Source: Kiritimatiella glycovorans (lineage in GTDB: Bacteria; Verrucomicrobiota; Kiritimatiellia; Kiritimatiellales; Kiritimatiellaceae). From it: a stretch of 32,000 nt of DNA. The stretch spans positions 270,001-302,000 of the forward strand of contig NZ_CP010904.1 in the NCBI RefSeq assembly GCF_001017655.1, given 5' to 3'. The position numbers were made by a program, and so were the translations under genes. Positions 25,417 to 32,000 of this stretch are shown one piece after another (positions within the stretch are counted from its first letter, which is position 1; every line of letters starts with the position of its first letter). Below the pieces are notes generated by a model. The model did no database searches. It was given only the letters and a program-made list of their open reading frames with translations, and was not told where the DNA came from.

Positions 25417-26513
25417 TACATCGAGACCACTTCGCTCATCTTGAAGATCGGCAGGAACATGCAGATCACGATACCGCCGATCACCGTGCCGATAAAGACC
25501 ATTAACAGGGGTTCAATCATCGAAGTCAAGCCCTCGAGCATCGCCTCGACCTCCTCTTCGTAAAAACGCGAAAGACGGTCCATCATATCATCAATCTTGC
25601 CCGTCTGTTCTCCCGCGGAGAGCATGTGAATCGCCATGCGCGGGAAATAGGGGTTCTGAGCGAGGGCCGAAGAAAGGGTGTCGCCGCCCTCCACGACCCC
25701 GCGCGCGTGGATGATGGTACGGCCGATCACCTTGTTGCCGGTCGCGACGCCGACGATATCCAGCGCCTGCAGAATCGGCACGCCGCTGTGCAGCAGCTGG
25801 GCGAAGGTCGACGAGAAACGGCTCACGGACAGCTTCCGGGCGAGTTCGCCCAGGATGGGGAAGCGAAGCTTGGCGAGATCGACGATGTACCCTCCGCGCT
25901 CGGTGGCGGCGAAGCGGCGGAAGGCGAACCCCAGCCCGACGAGCGCACCGAGCACGATCAGCCCGTTCGCCCGCAGCCAGTCGCTCAGGTCCAGCAGAAA
26001 CTGCGTCGGACCGGGAAGCCCCTGACCGAAATCCGCGAACATCGACGCGAACGTCGGCAGCACGAACATGATCAGGGCGGTTGCCAGGATGATGGCCACG
26101 CAGATCACGACGAGCGGATACATCATCGATGACTTCACCTTGCGCCGCAGCTTGTTGCTCGATTCCAGAAATCCGGCTACGCGTGCGGCCACGTCCGCCA
26201 GGATGCCGCCCGTCTCGCCCGCGCGCATCATGCTCACGTAGAGTTCGCTGAATATGGAGGGGTACATCTTCAGTGCGTCCGAATACATCGAACCGCCCTC
26301 CACCTTCATCCGCACGGTTCCGATCACCTTCTTGAAATGGGGCTCATCCGTCTGTTCCTCCAGGGCGACCAGCACCTGCACGAGCGGCATCCCGGATTCC
26401 AGCATGGCGGAGAGCTGACGGGTGAAGACCGGCAGCTCCTTGATCCGTATCTTGCCCGCCTTGGGCACCTTGCGCGTTTTGATCCCCTGAGTCGATGCGC
26501 CGCGATCAGCCAT
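25416..26513 (-). CDS. T2SS/T4P platform protein (GspF/PilC family, paralogue 2, short N-terminus)
   Basis: 365 aa with two T2SSF repeats (FTRQLSAMLESGMPLVQVL and FSSTFAQLLHSGVPILQAL). It lacks the N-terminal roughly 60-aa domain present in the 21253 paralogue. Confidence 0.9.
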   Translation of the reverse strand: MADRGASTQGIKTRKVPKAGKIRIKELPVFTRQLSAMLESGMPLVQVLVALEEQTDEPHFKKVIGTVRMKVEGGSMYSDALKMYPSIFSELYVSMMRAGETGGILADVAARVAGFLESSNKLRRKVKSSMMYPLVVICVAIILATALIMFVLPTFASMFADFGQGLPGPTQFLLDLSDWLRANGLIVLGALVGLGFAFRRFAATERGGYIVDLAKLRFPILGELARKLSVSRFSSTFAQLLHSGVPILQALDIVGVATGNKVIGRTIIHARGVVEGGDTLSSALAQNPYFPRMAIHMLSAGEQTGKIDDMMDRLSRFYEEEVEAMLEGLTSMIEPLLMVFIGTVIGGIVICMFLPIFKMSEVVSM

Positions 26514-26531
26514 GAGTGTGCTCCGTGGGTG

Positions 26532-28241
26532 TCATTCCGAGGTGACCCTCAAGATTTCCTCCACGGTCGACACCCCTGCGCGCACGCGGTTCAGGCCCAT
26601 TTCGCGCAGGGTGACCATGCCGTTCCGGACCGCCGCCTCGCGCAGCGCCCCGGCCTCGGTGGTCTGGAGGATCAGTTTCTTGAGATCTTCGTTCAGCAGC
26701 ATGATTTCCATCAGCGCCCCGCGGCCCTTGTAGCCGATGTTGTTGCACTTGGGGCAGCCTACGGCCGTGTAGAAGTCGGAGTCCGCAAACTCGTCCGGAT
26801 CGAGGTGGTTGCGGCGGAGGATGTCTTCGGGGAGTGCGATCTTTTTTCTGCACACGGGACAGAGTTTGCGGAAGAGGCGCTGGGCCTGCGTCATGAGCAG
26901 CGAGGAGGAGAGCATGAACGGCTCGATGCCCATGTAGGCCAGGCGCGCGACCGCCCCGGGGGCGTCGTTGGTGTGAAGCGTGCTCAGCACCAGGTGGCCG
27001 GTCAGCGCGGCCTGCACCGCGATCCCCGCCGTCTCCGCGTCGCGGATCTCGCCGATCAGCACGATGTCCGGATCCTGGCGCAGGATCGAGCGCAGACCGG
27101 CGGCGAAGGTGAGACCCACGTTCGGGTCGGCCTGGACCTGGTTGATCCCCCCGAGCTGGTATTCGACGGGGTCCTCGACCGTGATGATATTGACGTCCTG
27201 GTTGTTGAGGTCCTGCAGCGCGGAGTAGAGGGTGGTGGTCTTGCCGCTGCCGGTCGGTCCCGTGATGCAGATCATCCCGTGCGGTTGACTGATGGCGTAA
27301 CACAGGTTCTCGTAGGCCTTTTCCTCCAGGCCGAGCGACTCCAGACTGGGCGCGAGGGCGCTCTTGTCGAGGATGCGCATCACGATCTTTTCGCCGTGCA
27401 CGGTGGGCAGGAAGCTGATGCGCATGTCCACTTCCTTGCCCAGTGCGCGGATCTTGAACCGGCCGTCCTGCGGTTTACGCCGCTCGGCGATGTCCAGGTT
27501 GGACATGATCTTCAGCCGCGAGGTGATCGCGGGCTGCAGACTCTTCGGGGGGCTCGGATTCTGATGCAGTACGCCGTCGATGCGGTACCGCAGCCGCAGC
27601 GCTTTTTCCATCGGCTCGACGTGGATATCGCTGACGCCCTTGCGCAGCGCCTCGATCAGGATCGAGTTCACGATGCGGATCACCGGCGCGTCTTCGGCGA
27701 TTTCCAGCATCTCGTCGAGATTGACGTCCTCGGCCTGGTTCTGGCCCAGCTCCACCTCGCTCTCGTCCGCCATGTCCTTGAGAATGTCCTCGAGCCCCTG
27801 CCCGGACTCCTCCTCGGACTGCTGGTTGAGCGCCCGCATGATCTCGGCTTCCTCGGCCACGACGGGTACGACGCTCATTTCCGTCTCGGCCTCCACCTTC
27901 TCGGTCTGCAGCACGTTGAAGGGATCGGCGACGGCCACCGTCAGCGTCCTGCCGGTCTTGGCGAGCGGGAGCATCTTCAGTCGACCCCACATCTCCGTGG
28001 GCAGAAGATTGAGCAGCGTCTCGTCGGCTCTGAACTGGGCCAGCGAGATCGGCGGCGACTGAAGATAGTCGGCGTAGGCGAGCACGAGATCCGCGGAGGA
28101 GAGCACATTGCGCTCGACCAGGATCTGCTCCAGCGGTTTGTGCTGCTCGTCGGCGGCCCGGCGGGCGTCTTCAATCACGGCGTCTTCAAGACGGCACCGT
28201 TCCTGAAGTGTTCTTGCGAGACTTTTGCCCTGTGATATCAT
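26532..28241 (-). CDS. GspE/PilB-family secretion ATPase (paralogue 3)
   Basis: The ORF extends to 28523, but the family-consistent start is MISQGKSLARTL at 28241, with an AGAAGG RBS. It is 569 aa with a T2SSE_N domain (LKMLPLAKTGRTLTVAVADPFN), GPTGSGKTTTLYS, VLIGEIRD and CPVC...CPKC. Confidence 0.9.
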   Translation of the reverse strand: MISQGKSLARTLQERCRLEDAVIEDARRAADEQHKPLEQILVERNVLSSADLVLAYADYLQSPPISLAQFRADETLLNLLPTEMWGRLKMLPLAKTGRTLTVAVADPFNVLQTEKVEAETEMSVVPVVAEEAEIMRALNQQSEEESGQGLEDILKDMADESEVELGQNQAEDVNLDEMLEIAEDAPVIRIVNSILIEALRKGVSDIHVEPMEKALRLRYRIDGVLHQNPSPPKSLQPAITSRLKIMSNLDIAERRKPQDGRFKIRALGKEVDMRISFLPTVHGEKIVMRILDKSALAPSLESLGLEEKAYENLCYAISQPHGMICITGPTGSGKTTTLYSALQDLNNQDVNIITVEDPVEYQLGGINQVQADPNVGLTFAAGLRSILRQDPDIVLIGEIRDAETAGIAVQAALTGHLVLSTLHTNDAPGAVARLAYMGIEPFMLSSSLLMTQAQRLFRKLCPVCRKKIALPEDILRRNHLDPDEFADSDFYTAVGCPKCNNIGYKGRGALMEIMLLNEDLKKLILQTTEAGALREAAVRNGMVTLREMGLNRVRAGVSTVEEILRVTSE

Positions 28242-28347
28242 AAGGAACCTTCTCTCACTTATGCGAAGTATATCGCCGCGGTGCAAGCGGTAAAAAAATA
28301 TCCCGTCGGCTGACCCGGGTCCGCCGCTCCGCCTGACAGGGAATATT

Positions 28348-28363
28348 AGCAGGATGCGTTCCA
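28348..28363 (-). promoter_or_regulatory. Candidate sigma54 (-24/-12) promoter for the gspE-gspF-sensor-regulator operon
   Basis: The minus strand reads TGGAAC-GCATC-CTGCT. GG and GC are at the consensus spacing of TGGCAC-N5-TTGCW. It lies about 105 nt upstream of ATG 28241 and is near-identical in form to the site at 30920. Confidence 0.55.
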
Positions 28364-28489
28364 GACTGCGAAAGGGAAACGAACCGGGCGGCGGATGGCA
28401 CCCCGTGGCCGCCGCGCACGATTTCTGCTGGAGAGAGAACGGAATGATGCGTGCGCCGCCTGCGGACGGCGCGCAACCTGGAGAACGCC

Positions 28490-29323
28490 ATGGCTGAAGA
28501 ACCGGAAAAATACCCGAACGCACAGGACTCCCGCGAGTCGACGGAAATCTTCGAGCAGATTCTCGAAGTCATGCCCCACGATCAGTTCGCGCTGCGGATG
28601 GTCTACCTCGCCCACTTCAACCGCGGCGATCGGGAAAAGGCTTTCGAGTACCTTAAACGAGCCGCGGAAACGGCCCTGACGGAGTCGGGCGACGACGAAT
28701 TCCTGGAGTTTGTACGGTCACAGGCCGCGCATTTTGAAGATGTGATGGACGAAGAGAGTCGCAGGCTCTGGTCCCGGCTCGAGGAGAAGACCGGCGCGGC
28801 GGCGGGGCAGGAGACCGCGCCCGGGGCGCCGCAGCCCCGAACCCGCGGATCGAGCCCGCACCTCGACGCGGAAATGAACCTCGCGTGGCGCCTGTACCGC
28901 GCGGAGCAGATCGACCAGTCCGAGTACTCCGACATCGTCCACGACCTCGCCGAGATGGCCAACCGCCAGGTGGATGTGCCCACGACGGTGCTGCACGTCA
29001 TCAGCGATCGCGGCTTCTCGCAGTTGAACCGGATCATGCAGTATCTCGTCTCGGAGAGCGGCACTCCCTACATCGCGCTCCCGAACTTCGATATCCCTGA
29101 AGAGCTGACCGGTCTTATCCCGGAGGAGTTCCCCGCCCGGCGCGGGCTCCTTCCATTTGCGGAGAAAGGAAACGAACTCATGGTGGCGGTGCTCAACCCC
29201 TTTAACGGGGAGCTGCTCGCGGAGGCCGAAGTGGCCTCCGGACGGCGCTGTCATCCTTTTCTGGTCGATCCGCAGGCCTACGATGAAGCCGTGGCACGCT
29301 TGAAGTCAAAAGCGGAGGCATGA
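28490..29323 (+). CDS. Stand-alone T2SSE_N (GspE/PilB N-terminal) domain protein with a helical N-terminal half and a low-complexity linker
   Basis: 277 aa from ATG 28490 (GGAGA RBS). The C-terminal 110 aa resemble the N-domains of the three ATPases (TPYIALPNFDIPEELTGLIPEEFPARRGLLPFAEKGNELMVAVLNPFNGELL). No ATPase core follows. Confidence 0.7.
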   Translation: MAEEPEKYPNAQDSRESTEIFEQILEVMPHDQFALRMVYLAHFNRGDREKAFEYLKRAAETALTESGDDEFLEFVRSQAAHFEDVMDEESRRLWSRLEEKTGAAAGQETAPGAPQPRTRGSSPHLDAEMNLAWRLYRAEQIDQSEYSDIVHDLAEMANRQVDVPTTVLHVISDRGFSQLNRIMQYLVSESGTPYIALPNFDIPEELTGLIPEEFPARRGLLPFAEKGNELMVAVLNPFNGELLAEAEVASGRRCHPFLVDPQAYDEAVARLKSKAEA

Positions 29324-29341
29324 CGAAGTCGGGTTCCGGCT

Positions 29342-29983
29342 TCAGTGCTTGCCGGTTCCGATCCGGCGGGTCATGCTGCGATATTCGACCACGATCTCAC
29401 GCTTTTCGACGGCGCGGAGCGTGACTCCGTCGACGGTATCACCCACGGAGAGCACATCTCCGTTGATGATCGCCCAGCCGCCCTCCGTGCCGGAACCGAA
29501 CCCCTCGACCCGCAGCGCCGGCCACCCACCGCTTCGGGATTCACCGCCCGCGCGGGAAAGAAGCTTGTCGATGGCCGATGGCGGCTCGTCTTTTTCAGGA
29601 GCTCCGGCTTCGGCGTCTTCTCCGGTTTCTTCCGCCGGCTCCGCCTTCTGCGGGGCCGGAGCGGGAGCCTGCGGCTCTGCCCCGGCCGCGTCCGGTTCCG
29701 CACGCGGCTGCCGGATGTCACGGGCCACATGCTTCGAGATGGCGGAGGAAAAGTCCTCGGTCGTATTGCGGACCCGGCCCCGCAGCCAGAGGTAACCGCC
29801 CGCACCCGCGGCCAGGAGCAGCAGGACGATCAGCAGCGCGACCCGCGGCCCTTTCCGGGAGCGGCCTCCTCCCGGCGGGAGGGGTGGCGGGGTCGGAGGT
29901 GTGGCGGATCCGTCTTCCCCCGAACCTTCTCCGGCGGCCCCCTCTTCGGATTTGCGTTTCAGGGCTTCCTGTATGAGGCTCAT
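29342..29983 (-). CDS. GspB-like protein (single TM, Pro/Ala-rich linker, GspB-type C-terminal domain)
   Basis: 213 aa. The MSLIQEALKRKSEE start resembles GspB/ExeB N-termini. The TM helix is VALLIVLLLLAAGAGGYLWL. The C-terminus LRVEGFGSG..GGWAIINGDVLSVGDTVDGVTLRAVEKREIVVEY matches the pattern recalled for the T2SSB domain. It lies directly downstream of the ExeA-like gene. An AAGGAG RBS is present. Confidence 0.65.
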   Translation of the reverse strand: MSLIQEALKRKSEEGAAGEGSGEDGSATPPTPPPLPPGGGRSRKGPRVALLIVLLLLAAGAGGYLWLRGRVRNTTEDFSSAISKHVARDIRQPRAEPDAAGAEPQAPAPAPQKAEPAEETGEDAEAGAPEKDEPPSAIDKLLSRAGGESRSGGWPALRVEGFGSGTEGGWAIINGDVLSVGDTVDGVTLRAVEKREIVVEYRSMTRRIGTGKH

Positions 29984-30020
29984 GCGTGCTCCTTACATGT
30001 CCTACGCCATGGTAATCGGA

Positions 30021-30830
30021 TTACAGCCATTCCGCAAGTTCCTCCACCGCCTTGCGCGCGTCGGCTTCGATCACCTCGCGTCCGCCGCGCACGTAGGCGG
30101 CCAGCATCGCGCGGTCGCACAGCGTATTGATCCGGCGCGGCACGCCTTCGCCGTACTCCGAGACGAGCGCTTCCGCCTGCGGGTGGAAGCGGACCTCCGG
30201 AGGGGCTCCGGCCGTGCGGAGGCGGTGGTTGATGTAGGCGGGAACCTCTCCCGGCGGGAGGGTCGTCAGCTCGCAGGCGAGCATGATGCGCTGCCGCAGC
30301 TGCCGCAGTTCCGGTTGCAGGAGGCGTTCGCGCAGCTCCGGCTGGCCCGCGAGAATAATCTGCATCAGCTTGTGCCGGTCCGTTTCCAGATTCGAGAGCA
30401 GGCGCACCTGCTCCATCGCGGCCGTGGAGAGGTCCTGGGATTCATCGATGATCACCGCCGCATTCTCGCCGCGGTCGAGGCATTCGAGCAGAAACCCGTT
30501 GAGCTGCTCGATGCAGGTCAGCCGGTCGCGCCCGCGCGGAGGGAGGCCCAGGTCGGAGAGGATGGCGCGGATGATCTGGGTTTCGGTGAGCGCGGGATTG
30601 AGGATCAGCGCCGAATGCGTGCCCTCCGGCAGGCGGTCGAGCACGGCCCGGCAGACCGTGGTCTTGCCGCAACCGACCTCGCCGGTCAGCGTCATGAATC
30701 CCTTGCGCGACTCGATCCCGTACCGGAGCAGATCGAGCGCCCGGCGGTGCGCGGCGGAGGCGTAGAGAAAACGCGGGTCGGGCGTCACGTTGAAAGGCTC
30801 TTCATCCAGTTGAAAGAATGTTCGATACAT
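30021..30830 (-). CDS. ExeA/GspA/MshM-family AAA+ ATPase
   Basis: The ORF runs to 30938, but the family-typical start is MYRTFFQLDEEPFNVTPDPRFLY at 30830. Walker A is GEVGCGKTT and Walker B is VIIDESQ. Confidence 0.85.
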   Translation of the reverse strand: MYRTFFQLDEEPFNVTPDPRFLYASAAHRRALDLLRYGIESRKGFMTLTGEVGCGKTTVCRAVLDRLPEGTHSALILNPALTETQIIRAILSDLGLPPRGRDRLTCIEQLNGFLLECLDRGENAAVIIDESQDLSTAAMEQVRLLSNLETDRHKLMQIILAGQPELRERLLQPELRQLRQRIMLACELTTLPPGEVPAYINHRLRTAGAPPEVRFHPQAEALVSEYGEGVPRRINTLCDRAMLAAYVRGGREVIEADARKAVEELAEWL

Positions 30831-30841
30831 GGTTTTCGTCC

Positions 30842-30865
30842 GGGTGCGCCCATAATGGGTGCGCC
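30842..30865 (+). promoter_or_regulatory. Direct repeat GGGTGCGCC - 6 nt - GGGTGCGCC, a candidate activator (UAS) site
   Basis: Two identical 9-mers at 30842-30850 and 30857-30865, 55-80 nt upstream of the sigma54-type promoter. The related GTGCGCCG occurs at 28451-28458, upstream of the other sigma54-type promoter. Confidence 0.35.
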
Positions 30866-30919
30866 GGAAGGTCTTGACAAGCGCGGGCGGGATGCTGTTC
30901 CGGGAATTTTTCTCGAAGC

Positions 30920-30935
30920 TGGAACGGGATTTGCT
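30920..30935 (+). promoter_or_regulatory. Candidate sigma54 (-24/-12) promoter for the prepilin-type gene operon
   Basis: TGGAAC-GGGAT-TTGCT fits TGGCAC-N5-TTGCW, with GG and GC correctly spaced. It ends 15 nt before ATG 30951. Confidence 0.6.
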
Positions 30936-30950
30936 CACTATTCAGGCACC

Positions 30951-31361
30951 ATGTACCCGAGCACACGAAAAAACGGCGGCTTTACACTGGTGGAGGTCAT
31001 GGTGTCGATTGGGCTGATCGGCACGGTGGTCGCCATCTTTGCGGGGGCCATGATTACGGCCTACCGTTCACTGACCGTTTCCCGCGGGCGCCTCGACGCG
31101 CAGGGGATCGCCTTCGACCGACTGTGGGAAGTCTATCAGGAATCTTACGAATCGCTGCAGGATTCGGACATCCGCACCCCGGAGTACAGCAGTTTTTCGA
31201 CAAACGGGTGGGTGCGCGTGCGCATTCTGCCGCATACGGATCACCGCGAAATTGTAGTCCAGGTCTGGGCCCCGCGCGACATGGCGGGGCGTTCGGCCCT
31301 TGCGGGGGTGCCGGCGGCGGAGTTTCGCGTGCTCCGCTATCCCGGCGAGCGACTGGAGTGA
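30951..31361 (+). CDS. Prepilin-type N-terminal cleavage/methylation domain protein (pilin or pseudopilin)
   Basis: 136 aa: MYPSTRKNGG|FTLVEVMVSIGLIGTVVAIFAGAMI. It has the class III signal peptide with G-1, F+1 and E+5. Confidence 0.85.
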   Translation: MYPSTRKNGGFTLVEVMVSIGLIGTVVAIFAGAMITAYRSLTVSRGRLDAQGIAFDRLWEVYQESYESLQDSDIRTPEYSSFSTNGWVRVRILPHTDHREIVVQVWAPRDMAGRSALAGVPAAEFRVLRYPGERLE

Positions 31362-31382
31362 CCCGCTGGGACGGGGGTATTT

Positions 31383-31946
31383 ATGAACGCAGGTAAAAGC
31401 GGATGCCGCGGCGGAAGCCGTGCCGGATTCACCGTGATGGAGGTGACGATTGCCTTTGCTATCGGAATCATGGTGTTGGCCACGGTCTCCGTGCTGCTCG
31501 CCGACTCCTTTCGATTGTGGCGCGATGCCGCCGGCGCGTGGCACCTCGCGCGCCAGGCGAAATTTACCCGCGAACGCATTTTGCGGGGGCGCGCCTTCGG
31601 CGGCGACGGCCTCAGATCGGCGACGACCAACGTTACGGTCACCGAGGGCAGTGGCAGCATGTACAACCTTGGATACCGCGCCCCGGACAACGACCATTAC
31701 GGCATCTATTCCTACGATGGCAGCTTTTTGTACCTGCTGGACCAGAGCGGTTCGCTGGCGTGGTGGGTCGGCGGGTACGATGACTGGATATACGGTCTCG
31801 ACCAGCCTCTGCGGGTCAGCGGCATGGACAACACGGTCGTGAACGGCCGTGAGGTGAGGCTCCGCTACGAAGTCTATTACGACGAGGGCGGCAAGCGGTT
31901 TTCAAACCGGCAGGAAATCAGGACGATGCTGATCAATGAAAACTGA
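31383..31946 (+). CDS. Prepilin-type N-terminal domain protein (minor pseudopilin-like)
   Basis: 187 aa: ...GSRAG|FTVMEVTIAFAIGIMVLATVSVLL, with a prepilin motif that has E at +5. Confidence 0.8.
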   Translation: MNAGKSGCRGGSRAGFTVMEVTIAFAIGIMVLATVSVLLADSFRLWRDAAGAWHLARQAKFTRERILRGRAFGGDGLRSATTNVTVTEGSGSMYNLGYRAPDNDHYGIYSYDGSFLYLLDQSGSLAWWVGGYDDWIYGLDQPLRVSGMDNTVVNGREVRLRYEVYYDEGGKRFSNRQEIRTMLINEN

Positions 31947-32000
31947 GCGGTCTTCAGAACAAGGTGGATTCGTACTGGCGGCGGTGCTGCTGCTGCTGTT
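31936..32000 (+). CDS. Start of a further pseudopilin/GspK-like gene (partial, runs off window)
   Basis: The ATG at 31936 overlaps the preceding gene end. The sequence MKTERSSEQGGFVLAAVLLLLL has a GG-F hydrophobic N-terminus without E+5, as in GspK-type proteins. Only 21 codons are visible. Confidence 0.4.
   Translation, partial: MKTERSSEQGGFVLAAVLLLL

Noticed and set aside
28396-28410. TGGCAC-CCCGT-GGCC on the plus strand as a sigma54 promoter for the 28490 gene
   Set aside because: The -24 half is perfect but the -12 region lacks TTGC, and the nearest GC dinucleotide is one nucleotide too close to the GG. It was kept only as a weak possibility and not called.
30831-30938. The N-terminal 36-codon extension of the ExeA-like ORF (start at 30938)
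   Set aside because: Family members begin at the MY..FF.L...PF motif found at 30830. The extension is basic and low-complexity, and it would overlap the sigma54-type promoter and the 9-mer repeats of the divergent pilin operon. This rests on family recall and was not verified.

Overview
High-GC bacterial chromosomal segment, about 60-65% GC judged by eye. The repeat content suggests a PVC-superphylum-like organism, but that is inference only. From left to right the window holds four parts. (1) A minus-strand housekeeping run: infA, then an NSS-family sodium symporter, then an ABC ATPase. An IS30-family insertion sequence lies just upstream of infA. (2) A GAF/PAS hybrid histidine kinase and a secreted DUF1080 protein. 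(3) A mosaic accessory stretch of about 5 kb (8.1-13.1 kb). It contains an orphan antitoxin whose partner toxin is cut off after about 8 codons by an AT-rich two-ORF cassette. It also holds a complete group II intron with an RT/maturase ORF, a MazF/PemK toxin-antitoxin pair, tRNA-Lys(CTT) and an unusual tandem repeat block. (4) A second hybrid kinase, followed by a large type IV pilus / type II secretion-like cluster. That cluster has three GspE/PilB ATPases, one PilT and two PilC/GspF platform proteins. It also has a sigma54-type (NtrC/PilR-like) response regulator paired with a PilS-like sensor that lacks a catalytic ATPase domain. The cluster ends with a stand-alone T2SSE_N-domain protein, an ExeA/GspB-like pair and prepilin-type genes. 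The signal least explained by known feature types is a family of composite, structured extragenic elements present at four or more intergenic loci. Each combines a 6-nt periodic purine-rich tract, a TTCAC-led block of three 9-nt periodic units and a GTAC-rich palindromic core. One copy is the insertion site of the group II intron. Two matching sigma54-type promoters sit in front of the secretion genes. Many long ORFs in the six-frame track are antisense shadows typical of high-GC DNA and were not called.
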